From: Pseudodesulfovibrio piezophilus C1TLV30
Lineage (GTDB): Bacteria > Desulfobacterota > Desulfovibrionia > Desulfovibrionales > Desulfovibrionaceae
Assembly (NCBI RefSeq): GCF_000341895.1
Contig: NC_020409.1
Coordinates: 720,001-752,000, forward strand
Direction: 5' to 3'
DNA: 32,000 nucleotides
Shown: positions 16,613 to 25,760 of the stretch, piece after piece
Layout: the number at the start of each line of letters is the position of its first letter
Position numbering within the stretch: position 1 is the stretch's first letter
Notes under the pieces: generated by a model
Seen by the model: only the letters and a program-made list of their open reading frames with translations
Told to the model about the DNA's origin: nothing
Database searches by the model: none
Made by a program: the position numbers and the translations under genes

Positions 16613-16740
16613 GAATTAGACTCTCCTTCACAAGTTCTATGGAGAAACTGTCATAATTGGGCACTGTGCGGCTGTCAATGCGAACCGTTGCTCTTTCCTC
16701 AACCTCTTGATAGCAATCAAGGACTCTCTTGACGAACACG

Positions 16741-17709
16741 ATGATGACAATCCATAAAAACGGAGCACACGATTCAACCATGACTAAGGGCACCGATGTT
16801 CTCGAATCCCCCTCAGTTTCCCGCTCGCATCCATGGATAGATGCCTATCTGGAATATACACTCATTGAAAAAGGCCTCTCGGAAAACAGCCTGAGCAGTT
16901 ATGCACAGGATCTGGCCTCACTTCTGACTTTCTTAGAAGAAAAATCATTTCGATTGGAAGATTTGTCGGACAACGCGCTCTTCCTCTACCTTACCTATCT
17001 TCGTTCAAAAGGTTTAAAAAGCAGGTCACTGGCACGCCACCTCTCAACTCTTCGCGGTTTTTTCAGCTTTGCCATGCAGGAAAACTGGTACAAGGATGAT
17101 CCTGCTCATCTGTTGTCAAATCCAAAACTCCCAAAACGGTTGCCTGAATTCCTTACTCGTGAAGAAATATCACGTATGCTTGCTCAACCTGATACCAAAA
17201 CAAAACTTGGTATGCGCGACAAAGCCATGTTGGAACTACTCTACGCGGCCGGGCTCAGAGTTTCAGAGCTGATTCAAATAAAGGCACTTGATTATGACCC
17301 ACAAGTAGGCATACTGCGAATCTTTGGCAAAGGGGCCAAGGAACGGCTGGTCCCTATCCATTTTATGGCTCAGGAAGTCCTTTCCTGCTATATGGAAGTG
17401 ACTCGGCCCCTTTTCAAACCAACAGCCGATTTCATATTTCTCAACAGATCCGGCAAGGGACTCACACGGCAAGGAGTGTGGAAATTGATAAAAAGATATG
17501 CGGCTCAAGCGAGCATAAAAAGAAGTATATCACCGCACACCTTCCGTCACTCTTTCGCCACGCACCTACTTGACGGAGGAGCCGATCTGAGAACTGTACA
17601 ACTTCTTCTCGGTCATGCGGATATTGCCGCAACAGAAATATACACTCACATTCTTGCTGGAAAGCTCAAATCAATTCATCAAAAATTTCACCCGAGATCT
17701 GATCTATAA
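16741..17709 (+). CDS. xerD: site-specific tyrosine recombinase XerD/XerC family
   Basis: N-terminal SAM-like core-binding domain (YLEYTLIEKGLSENSLSSYAQDL). Catalytic residues lie in AGLRVSEL, HTFRHSFATHLL and LLGHADIAATEIYTH. The start is uncertain: TTG 16729, ATG 16741 or ATG 16780. Confidence 0.85.
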   Translation: MMTIHKNGAHDSTMTKGTDVLESPSVSRSHPWIDAYLEYTLIEKGLSENSLSSYAQDLASLLTFLEEKSFRLEDLSDNALFLYLTYLRSKGLKSRSLARHLSTLRGFFSFAMQENWYKDDPAHLLSNPKLPKRLPEFLTREEISRMLAQPDTKTKLGMRDKAMLELLYAAGLRVSELIQIKALDYDPQVGILRIFGKGAKERLVPIHFMAQEVLSCYMEVTRPLFKPTADFIFLNRSGKGLTRQGVWKLIKRYAAQASIKRSISPHTFRHSFATHLLDGGADLRTVQLLLGHADIAATEIYTHILAGKLKSIHQKFHPRSDL

Positions 17710-17712
17710 TTT

Positions 17713-20406
17713 ATGAACAAAGAACAAAAAGCATCTAAAATTCGAACAAAGACAGTTATTACATCACACGCCAATGCAGATTTTGATGCTTTGGCCAGTA
17801 TGGTTGCCGCCAGTAAAATTTATCCTGATTCCACATTAATATTCCCTGGTAGCCAGGAAAAAAATCTTCGCAACTTCTTCATACAATCCACGACATACCT
17901 CTTCAATTTCAAGGCGTTCAAAGATATTGATCCGAGCTCTGTTGAACTCCTGGTCGTCTGTGACACAAGGCAAAAAGCCCGTATTCCTCATGTTCGCCCT
18001 CTTTTGGATAATCCAAATCTCAGAGTCCACCTCTACGATCATCATCCTGATACAGACGATGACCTTGTTGCTGAGAAAAGTATTGTCAGGGAATGGGGGT
18101 CCACAACGACAATCATAACCTCTCTGATAATGGAACAACACGGGACACTGACCAGTGAAGAAGCCACGTTGCTTGGGCTTGGTATATACGAAGACACGGG
18201 ATCATTTGGCTTTAACACCACAACGCCCCATGACTTCAATGCTGCCGGGTGGTTAAAAAGCCAGGGAATGGATATTGAAGTCATCAAAGACCTCCTTTCG
18301 CACGAACTCTCTGCCCAACAAATTACGAACTTGGGAGAACTGCTCCAAAATGCAAACAATTATGACATCCATGGAATAGAGATACTCATTACGGAGATTT
18401 CAACAGACAAGTTCGTCCCGGACTTCGCGCTTCTGGTACACAAACTTATGGATATGGAAGATATCAAAGTGGTCTTTGCCCTTGGCAGGATGGGCGACCG
18501 TATTCATGTTATTGCACGATCTAAAAACCCGGATGTCAATGTCGGAAAGATTTGTTCGACAATGGGTGGCGGAGGTCACGAAGTCGCGGCTTCAGCCACG
18601 GTCAAAGACAAGACACTGGCGGAAGTGCGCGATGACCTCTTCGCTCTCCTCTATTCGCAAATTAATCCGCAAATCATCGTAAAAGGACTCATGTCCGGCC
18701 CTCCTGTGACCATTGAAGGCAACAAGACTGTCGATGATTCTGTCGAACTTATGACCCGCTATGGCCTCAAAGACCTCCCCGTCGTCGAAAAGGAGACCAT
18801 GCATTGCATCGGAATTATGGGACATGCCATTGCTGACAAGGCTGCTTCACACGGCTTGGGCGGAATGCCTTTAAGCGAATATATGAGCCAAAAATTCGAT
18901 ACAGTGACGGCAGGAACAGACCTCTATACAGTCATGGAAATAATTCTTGGCAACCGTCAGCGAATGCTCCCGGTTTTAGAAGATAACAATATCATCGGTG
19001 TCATTACCAGAACCGACCTCATGAACATGCTTATAGAGGAACCGGCGCGCATCCCTGACTCGCTCATGCCCGACCGCCGCCGAGAGAAAAACATAGCATC
19101 AACTGTCACTAATCGACTTCCGCAAAAAATGCTCGATTTATTGAATGTCGCGGGAGAACTCGGCAATAAACTCGGGTGGGAAATTTATGCAGTGGGTGGA
19201 TTTGTAAGAGATATCCTGCTCGGTCGTCCCAACCTCGACCTTGATCTGGTGGTGGAAGGAGATGGAATTTTCTTTGCAAAGGAATTGGTTAAAAAACTTG
19301 GTGGACGAGTCAAGGCGCACAACAAGTTCAAAACCGCCGTTGTCATCCTGGAAAACGGTCAGCGAGTTGATGTGGCTACGGCAAGACTGGAGTACTATGA
19401 GTATCCAGCTGCACTGCCTACAGTTGAGTTATCATCAATCAAAATGGACTTGTACCGACGTGATTTTACCGTCAATGCCCTCGCTCTCAGACTCAATCCC
19501 GATCGTTTTGGACAACTGGTCGATTTTTTTGGTGCAGAGCGCGATATTCGAAATAAAACGATACGGGTCCTCCACTCACTAAGCTTTGTTGAAGATCCGA
19601 CCCGCATCCTCAGAGCGATCCGCTTCGAACGTCGATTTGACTTCCAGATTGGCGGCCAGACAATGCGACTTGTAAAGAATGCGCTCAACCTCAAACTTTT
19701 CAGCAAGCTTTCCGGCACACGCGTCATGCATGAATTACAATTGATTGTCAGTGAAGAAGACCCGCTGGCTTGCCTCAACCGGATGCAAGAACTCGGAATC
19801 ATGGAGGCTATTCACCCTCTTCTCAAACTCCACAAAGAAAGAATCCAAGTCCTGATTGAGCTAGCCAAAGTGCATAACTGGTACAAACTTCTTTACCTTG
19901 AACAGTCGGTCGAGCCATGGAAACTCTACTTCCTTGGTATGACCATGGGTATAAAAAACACCCAAATCAAACAGGTTACTGACCGATTTCATTTTACCCA
20001 ACGCGAAGAACGTGAATTCCTGCAACTCAGAGAAATGATCCATGAAGCCTTGATACAGCTTATGAGTTGGCGTGAAGGAAAATCCAAGCTCAGCCGTCTC
20101 TACTCAATTCTGCATCCCTTGCCTGTAGAGGGCGTCCTTTTCCTTATGGGAAAGAGCCGCAAGGAACATATACGCCGGAACATATCTCAATATCTTGCAA
20201 GACTCAGAGATATGGAAATAGAAATTACCGGCAATGATCTGCATGAATTGGGAATTGAACCGGGACCAATTTACTCGACGATACTGGAGAAAATCATGGC
20301 CGCAAAGATAGATGGCCAGGTTGAAACAAAAAAGGATGAACTTGATATGGCACAAGAATGCTATGCGCGAGAATCAGCCAAAGAAGATAAAGCCGATGAG
20401 AGTTGA
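17713..20406 (+). CDS. DHH/DHHA1 phosphoesterase - CBS pair - class II nucleotidyltransferase (CCA-adding/poly(A) polymerase family) fusion protein
   Basis: 897 aa. N-terminus: ITSHANADFDALASM, VCDT, LYDHHPD (DHH motifs) and GGGH (DHHA1). The middle has two CBS-like repeats. C-terminus: GGFVRDILLGRPNLDLDLVVEGD and RRDFTVNALA, the hallmarks of the tRNA nucleotidyltransferase head domain. The ATG is 3 nt after the xerD stop. Confidence 0.8.
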   Translation: MNKEQKASKIRTKTVITSHANADFDALASMVAASKIYPDSTLIFPGSQEKNLRNFFIQSTTYLFNFKAFKDIDPSSVELLVVCDTRQKARIPHVRPLLDNPNLRVHLYDHHPDTDDDLVAEKSIVREWGSTTTIITSLIMEQHGTLTSEEATLLGLGIYEDTGSFGFNTTTPHDFNAAGWLKSQGMDIEVIKDLLSHELSAQQITNLGELLQNANNYDIHGIEILITEISTDKFVPDFALLVHKLMDMEDIKVVFALGRMGDRIHVIARSKNPDVNVGKICSTMGGGGHEVAASATVKDKTLAEVRDDLFALLYSQINPQIIVKGLMSGPPVTIEGNKTVDDSVELMTRYGLKDLPVVEKETMHCIGIMGHAIADKAASHGLGGMPLSEYMSQKFDTVTAGTDLYTVMEIILGNRQRMLPVLEDNNIIGVITRTDLMNMLIEEPARIPDSLMPDRRREKNIASTVTNRLPQKMLDLLNVAGELGNKLGWEIYAVGGFVRDILLGRPNLDLDLVVEGDGIFFAKELVKKLGGRVKAHNKFKTAVVILENGQRVDVATARLEYYEYPAALPTVELSSIKMDLYRRDFTVNALALRLNPDRFGQLVDFFGAERDIRNKTIRVLHSLSFVEDPTRILRAIRFERRFDFQIGGQTMRLVKNALNLKLFSKLSGTRVMHELQLIVSEEDPLACLNRMQELGIMEAIHPLLKLHKERIQVLIELAKVHNWYKLLYLEQSVEPWKLYFLGMTMGIKNTQIKQVTDRFHFTQREEREFLQLREMIHEALIQLMSWREGKSKLSRLYSILHPLPVEGVLFLMGKSRKEHIRRNISQYLARLRDMEIEITGNDLHELGIEPGPIYSTILEKIMAAKIDGQVETKKDELDMAQECYARESAKEDKADES

Positions 20407-20619
20407 TGGTTTGACACTTGCCCTGAGACGACAAGCAGTGTAGAAATTTCAATCTCTTGGTGGATATACTGCTGTTGCTTTGGTTTAGTGGTGATACGAT
20501 AGTATCTCTCGGATATCCTTGCTCAAGGGCGATCGAGAAATTGATCTGATATGCCGTTAACACGGTATGGCTATTGACCCGAGACTCATATTTTAATCAT
20601 TTTTCTACACGGTGATTTT

Positions 20620-21108
20620 ATGGAAGTGTTGTGGGCACCATGGCGCCTCAATTATATACTTGGACCAAAACCTGAAGAGTGCGTATTCTGTATTCCTCGG
20701 GAGACTGACGAAGATGAAGAGAGATACATTCTCGCTCGAGGTGAACACTGCTTTGTCATTATGAACAAGTTCCCTTATAATAATGGTCATCTGATGGTCA
20801 CGCCTTATCGTCATACGAGCACACTCACTGAGTTGACTCTGGAAGAATCCAACGACTGCATGCTCTGGATTCGACACGCTACATCTATTTTGGAAAAGGC
20901 CTTTCATCCTCAAGGGGTAAACATGGGGTTAAACCTTGGAGAGGCCGCAGGGGCCGGCATTGCTCAACATCTGCATTTTCAGATTGTTCCTCGCTGGAAT
21001 GGTGATGCCTCTTTTATGGCGGTTTTTGGAGAGACAACCGTCATACCCGAACATTTGTCTTCAACTTACAGCAGGCTCAAACCGCTGTTTGATGAAATCA
21101 CATTTTAA
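20620..21108 (+). CDS. HIT-superfamily nucleotidyl transferase/phosphorylase-like protein (HxHxQ variant)
   Basis: 162 aa with WAPWRLNYI at the N-terminus, NKFPYNNGHLMV, and a histidine-triad region reading HLHFQIVPRW. The third His is replaced by Gln. Confidence 0.75.
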   Translation: MEVLWAPWRLNYILGPKPEECVFCIPRETDEDEERYILARGEHCFVIMNKFPYNNGHLMVTPYRHTSTLTELTLEESNDCMLWIRHATSILEKAFHPQGVNMGLNLGEAAGAGIAQHLHFQIVPRWNGDASFMAVFGETTVIPEHLSSTYSRLKPLFDEITF

Positions 21109-21120
21109 GGAGTTTGTTTC

Positions 21121-21483
21121 ATGCGTTTTCTCAAAGTTTTCTTCCTGCTGGCACTGTTTGTGTTTTCCATTCTTTTCTTTTCACAAAACAATGACATCCT
21201 GCTTCAGGCGTTAGTCCTGAAACTTGAAATCCCTTATGCAATGACTCTGCACTCCATCCCCCTTCCATTTGGAGTATTGATTCTTGCTGCATTTGTTGCA
21301 GGTTCTCTGTTAACGATGATTTATTTTGCAGTAGACAAAATTCGTTCCAGTGCAAAATTCAAAGAATGCAAAACTCGAATGGCCAGCCTTGAGCAGGAAT
21401 TGAATTCCCTGCGGACCATGCCTATCACAGACGACCAACCGTATGGCACTCCCGACGATTCTGGGGAGAAAAAAGAGATATAG
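21121..21483 (+). CDS. LapA-like (DUF1049) small inner-membrane protein
   Basis: 120 aa. Two TM helices are followed by a short coiled coil (CKTRMASLEQELNSLR). It sits immediately upstream of a LapB-like TPR/zinc-ribbon gene, as in lapAB operons. Confidence 0.6.
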   Translation: MRFLKVFFLLALFVFSILFFSQNNDILLQALVLKLEIPYAMTLHSIPLPFGVLILAAFVAGSLLTMIYFAVDKIRSSAKFKECKTRMASLEQELNSLRTMPITDDQPYGTPDDSGEKKEI

Positions 21484-21492
21484 GGTCCCTGT

Positions 21493-22644
21493 ATGATCTG
21501 GAAGTTTTTCAGTAGGAATAAATCAACTGGCACAGATGTGAACTCAAAAATTGCCCAAAGTATTGGCGGAGGTGAAACCCTCCCTGTCCAAGATACACGG
21601 GCAGCCATTGAAGAACTCAGTCAGGTCGTGAAAAACGACCCTGAAGCTGTGGAGATTTACCTCGCTCTCGGGAGCCTCTATCGCTCCCAGGGAGAGATTG
21701 AACGCGCCATCCAGATCAGAAATAGTCTCATCCTCAGGCCGGGCCTTGATCGCCAATTCAAGGCCCGCGCCCTCTTTGAGCTTGGCCGGGATTTCAGGAG
21801 AGGGGGATTTCTTGATAGAGCCGAAAAGGCTTTTGAAGAGTCGCGGAGTTGTGGTCAGGATCAAACCGCAATTCAAGTCGAGATGGCCCGTTTGGCAATA
21901 GAACGCGGAGACTTTGCGAAAGCTGCTGAATTTTATGGACAATTAGGCGAACCATTGGCACAAGCCAACAGTCTTGTGCGCCTCGCCATGGACTCTTTTG
22001 GCGAAGGAAAGGATTCGCAGGCACATCGTTCGCTACGCCATGCTATTCGGGCGTATCCTGGAGCTGTAGAAGCATGGCTTGAACAAATTACTCATGCTTA
22101 TAAAAACGGGAACTCGCGGAGAATGGCCGATATCCTCCGAGAAGCGCTAGAGAAGGTCGCCCCCGAACTGCGGTTTGTCCTTTTGGAGGGGCTTCTTCAA
22201 GTCATGATTCGAGCGGAACGAGAAGTGGCAAAGTCCTCGCAAGAAGAATCTCAATGGCTGAAGACATGTTCTGACAAAGAGGTCTGTGACGTCGTTATTC
22301 CCGTTCTTGAACACCAGGAACCTGATGTCCTACTCCTTTATTATGGTGCCGCTTTCATGCTTCGAATCAAGCAATATGAAGATGCCAAGAATTGGCTGGA
22401 AAAAGCACTTGTCCTTCAATCCGATTTCTGGGTTGCCCGTTTGGAACTTTTTGAACTTTCAAAAAATGATCAGACTTTGACGCCATTCTTCAAAGACCAA
22501 CTTGCCTACTTCATGGGCCACGCCCGAAATGTACGGCGTTTTTATTGTCGCCAATGCGGCTTGAAACGAGACCAGATATTTTTTAATTGCCCGCGATGCC
22601 GCAGTTGGCATTCCATCGCTTTCAGAACTGACTTCTCCCAATAA
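21493..22644 (+). CDS. LapB/YciM-like TPR protein with C-terminal rubredoxin-type zinc ribbon
   Basis: 383 aa. TPR-like helical repeats throughout. C-terminal CRQCGLKRDQIFFNCPRCRSWHS (CxxC...CxxC). Unlike E. coli LapB, it has no obvious N-terminal TM helix. Confidence 0.65.
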   Translation: MIWKFFSRNKSTGTDVNSKIAQSIGGGETLPVQDTRAAIEELSQVVKNDPEAVEIYLALGSLYRSQGEIERAIQIRNSLILRPGLDRQFKARALFELGRDFRRGGFLDRAEKAFEESRSCGQDQTAIQVEMARLAIERGDFAKAAEFYGQLGEPLAQANSLVRLAMDSFGEGKDSQAHRSLRHAIRAYPGAVEAWLEQITHAYKNGNSRRMADILREALEKVAPELRFVLLEGLLQVMIRAEREVAKSSQEESQWLKTCSDKEVCDVVIPVLEHQEPDVLLLYYGAAFMLRIKQYEDAKNWLEKALVLQSDFWVARLELFELSKNDQTLTPFFKDQLAYFMGHARNVRRFYCRQCGLKRDQIFFNCPRCRSWHSIAFRTDFSQ

Positions 22645-22658
22645 GATTATCATTTCAC

Positions 22659-25289
22659 GTGACCAAAAGAAAACTCACTCCAATGCTCGAGCAGTACCTC
22701 CATTTCAAGGAGGAAAATCCCGGTTGCCTTCTATTTTTCCGCATGGGCGATTTTTACGAATTATTTTTTGAGGACGCGGAAACAGTTGCCAAGGCTGTCC
22801 AAATAGCTTTGACAAGTCGAAATCCCAATGATGAAAATCCCATTCCTATGTGTGGCATGCCACACCACTCTGTTGAGCCTTACCTAAGCCAACTTCTGGA
22901 GAAGGGGTATAAAATTGCAATATGCGATCAAATAGAAGACCCCAGAGAAGCCAAAGGGCTTGTCAAACGAGACGTGACCCGTGTTTTGACCCCAGGAACC
23001 GTGGTTGAGGATTCAAATCTTAAATCCAAAGAAAATAACTACCTCGGATCATTGTATTGGGATGCGTCAACGAATACCGGAGGAATTGCCTGGTTGGATT
23101 TTTCAACAGGCCAATGGTCCGGTCTTTTGAGCCGCAAAGAACCGGAACTCTGGCAATGGCTCGTCAAAATCAACCCCAGTGAGCTCCTCCTTCCTCAAGG
23201 ATTCAAAATACCTCCTCAATTCACCGAATTGAGCAGTCAGGTGACTTCCGTCCCTCTCGGTGCCTATTTCGATATCTCTTCTGCGGTGACCAAGATTCAG
23301 GAGCTGCAGGGAACCGTCAACATGAAGGCACTTGATCTGGACGATAAACCGGAACTCGTCCGCGCCTGCGGTGCTTTGCTGACCTACTTGGAGCATACTC
23401 AAAAAAGCAAACTGGGACATTTGGGTGAATTTAAACCGCTCAATCTTGGTAAGCATCTCCTGTTGGATGAAATAACAGAACGAAATCTGGAAATATTTCG
23501 AAGACTGGATGGGAAAACTGGCAAAGGAACTCTTTGGAAGGTCTTGGATAAAACAAAGACCTCCATGGGTGGACGTTTGCTTGAATCCCGTCTTCGGCAG
23601 CCATGGAGAGACCGCGCTCCTATCGAAAAATCTCTCGAATGCGTGACATTTCTTTTTGAAAGAGATCACCTTCGAGCAGACCTGAGGAACGCACTTGATT
23701 CCGTCTATGACCTTGAGAGACTCTCCACTCGGGTATTTCTGGGAAGAGCAACCCCGAAAGACTTCATAGCACTGAGACAGAGCCTCCATATGCTTCCCAA
23801 GCTCCGGGATTTTCTCAGTACGGCTCTTCAAGAAGATACCGGAGAGCTTACAAAGATTCTCAAGAAATGGGACAATATGGAAGATATCGCTTCCATACTT
23901 GATGTTTCATTGGTGGATTCACCTCCTCCTAATATCACTGATGGAGGTCTCTTCAAGAAAGGGTTTGATGCCAAACTTGATGAATTGATTGAATTGACAG
24001 AACATGGGGAAGATCGTCTGAAGCGACTTCACGAGAAGGAATTAAACCAAAATGATATTCCTAAACTCAAGCTTGGATTCAATAAAATTTTTGGCTATTA
24101 TTTTGAAGTTTCCAAGGCGTTCAAAGGACAAGTTCCTGAACACTTCATACGCCGTCAAACTCTGGTCAACAGCGAACGGTATATTACTCCAGAACTCAAA
24201 GAGATGGAGGACCGAATCATCTCTGCCTCGGATGACCGCAAGAGTCTGGAGTACAAGCTTTTCATTCAATTACGTGAACAACTTTCTGCTGCCCGCAGCA
24301 GATTTCTGTTTATGGCCGATGTCATTGCTTCCATTGATTTCTGGCAAGGGCTGGCTGAAACAGCCCGCGTCAATGAATGGTGCCGACCATCCCTGCATGA
24401 AGGAATGGAGATAGAAATAGAAGCTGGCCGTCACCCTGTTGTGGAAGATGCTATGGGAGCATCGAACTATATTCCAGGAGACCTCAGGATTGACCACAGT
24501 CGTCGTATCCTTTTGATTACCGGACCTAACATGGCCGGTAAATCGACAGTCCTCAGACAAGTCGCCATTCTGACTATCATGGCCCAGATTGGATCATTTG
24601 TTCCTGCAAAAAAGGCACAAATAGGTCTTGCAGATCGGGTTTTCTCCCGTGTCGGAGCGTCTGACAATCTTGCCCAAGGGCATTCCACATTCATGGTTGA
24701 AATGACGGAAACGGCACGAATACTGCGTCAGGCAACAAAACGCAGTCTGGTTATTCTCGATGAGATTGGCCGTGGGACAAGTACTTATGACGGCTTATCC
24801 TTGGCGTGGGCTGTCGTGGAAGAACTTTCGACACGGGCACGAGGTGGAATTAGAACACTTTTTGCCACTCATTACCATGAATTGACTGCACTTGAAGGCA
24901 AAATTGATGGCCTGAGAAACCTTAATATCGCTGTCAAAGAATGGAAAGGTGATATCGTCTTCCTGAGAAGGCTTGTTCCTGGCCCAGCTGACCGCAGTTA
25001 CGGTATTGAAGTCGCAAAACTCGCTGGGGTTCCCAAGGGTGTCGTGGACCGTGCCCGAGAAATTCTTGCCGAATTGGAAGAAAAGTCGCATGATAGCAGA
25101 GCAAAAGGGGCTGTTGAACGCGCTTCACAAACGTTGTTACCCGGTTTTGGAGCACCCCCGATCGAAATCAGTGAAGAACTGACTGAACACCCGATAGTCA
25201 CGCAGTTGACTGATCTTGATGTGGATGGGATGACACCTATTCAGGCCCTCATGCTCCTCAACCAATGGAAAGACATGATCAAGGGGTAG
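22659..25289 (+). CDS. mutS: DNA mismatch repair protein MutS
   Basis: 876 aa with a GTG start. TPMLEQYLHFK and FFRMGDFYELFFEDA (mismatch-binding domain), Walker A GPNMAGKST, DEIGRGTSTYDG, TLFATHYHEL. Confidence 0.95.
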   Translation: MTKRKLTPMLEQYLHFKEENPGCLLFFRMGDFYELFFEDAETVAKAVQIALTSRNPNDENPIPMCGMPHHSVEPYLSQLLEKGYKIAICDQIEDPREAKGLVKRDVTRVLTPGTVVEDSNLKSKENNYLGSLYWDASTNTGGIAWLDFSTGQWSGLLSRKEPELWQWLVKINPSELLLPQGFKIPPQFTELSSQVTSVPLGAYFDISSAVTKIQELQGTVNMKALDLDDKPELVRACGALLTYLEHTQKSKLGHLGEFKPLNLGKHLLLDEITERNLEIFRRLDGKTGKGTLWKVLDKTKTSMGGRLLESRLRQPWRDRAPIEKSLECVTFLFERDHLRADLRNALDSVYDLERLSTRVFLGRATPKDFIALRQSLHMLPKLRDFLSTALQEDTGELTKILKKWDNMEDIASILDVSLVDSPPPNITDGGLFKKGFDAKLDELIELTEHGEDRLKRLHEKELNQNDIPKLKLGFNKIFGYYFEVSKAFKGQVPEHFIRRQTLVNSERYITPELKEMEDRIISASDDRKSLEYKLFIQLREQLSAARSRFLFMADVIASIDFWQGLAETARVNEWCRPSLHEGMEIEIEAGRHPVVEDAMGASNYIPGDLRIDHSRRILLITGPNMAGKSTVLRQVAILTIMAQIGSFVPAKKAQIGLADRVFSRVGASDNLAQGHSTFMVEMTETARILRQATKRSLVILDEIGRGTSTYDGLSLAWAVVEELSTRARGGIRTLFATHYHELTALEGKIDGLRNLNIAVKEWKGDIVFLRRLVPGPADRSYGIEVAKLAGVPKGVVDRAREILAELEEKSHDSRAKGAVERASQTLLPGFGAPPIEISEELTEHPIVTQLTDLDVDGMTPIQALMLLNQWKDMIKG

Positions 25290-25291
25290 CC

Positions 25292-25735
25292 ATGCGCTGG
25301 AGAATGATTGCAACCATAGTTTTCCTTTTATCAACCACACTCTTTGGGTGTGCACTCGGAAAAAAGGAATGGCCTGTTGCACAAAAAAGTGAAGACCTTT
25401 TTAAATTGACCCTGATTTCGGGAGCAAGAAGAGACAATTGCCTTCTCTTACAAGTTGCCGTCAGTGGAGCTTCACAAAGACTGTACCGCGCAAGTATCCA
25501 ATACGATACAGTGGGCGGAGAACTGGGCACCTGTGAAGGATGCCCTTTCATACCACGAGATGTCGTCAACTTCACTCGTGACCAGGATGGCTTTGACATG
25601 GAAGGCGAGACGCTCTCCTTGAGCATGTGTTCCCTGGACCCCAAGATTGAATACCGTTTTCGTGTGGCCGGAAAAAGTGAACTCCCGACAAGCCCACTTG
25701 TCTACACTGACATTTTTACCACCACCCCCCAATAG
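25292..25735 (+). CDS. hypothetical lipoprotein
   Basis: The start is taken at ATG 25292 (MRWRMIATIVFLLSTTLFGC), 2 nt after the mutS stop. It has a signal peptide and the lipobox LFGC. I recognise no family. It contains CEGCPF. Confidence 0.6.
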   Translation: MRWRMIATIVFLLSTTLFGCALGKKEWPVAQKSEDLFKLTLISGARRDNCLLLQVAVSGASQRLYRASIQYDTVGGELGTCEGCPFIPRDVVNFTRDQDGFDMEGETLSLSMCSLDPKIEYRFRVAGKSELPTSPLVYTDIFTTTPQ

Positions 25736-25760
25736 AGAGAATTGTAAGGAGAGAGAACCG

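Noticed and set aside
16706-16721. A small palindrome, CTTGAT-AGCA-ATCAAG, in the dapL/xerD divergent region. A similar 6-bp-stem palindrome lies near 31657-31680.
   Set aside because: Six-bp arms occur by chance at this frequency in 32 kb, and there is no supporting repetition or known operator consensus.
16741-17709. A tyrosine recombinase as a possible marker of an integrated mobile element.
   Set aside because: The sequence is XerD-like along its full length. It has housekeeping neighbours on both sides and no adjacent tRNA, direct repeats, phage or transposition genes. It was treated as the chromosomal dimer-resolution recombinase.
20482-20492. GGTTTAGTGGT, which is reminiscent of a tRNA D-loop.
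   Set aside because: No T-loop (GTTCRANYC) and no acceptor-stem complementarity in the flanks, so I could not fold a cloverleaf.
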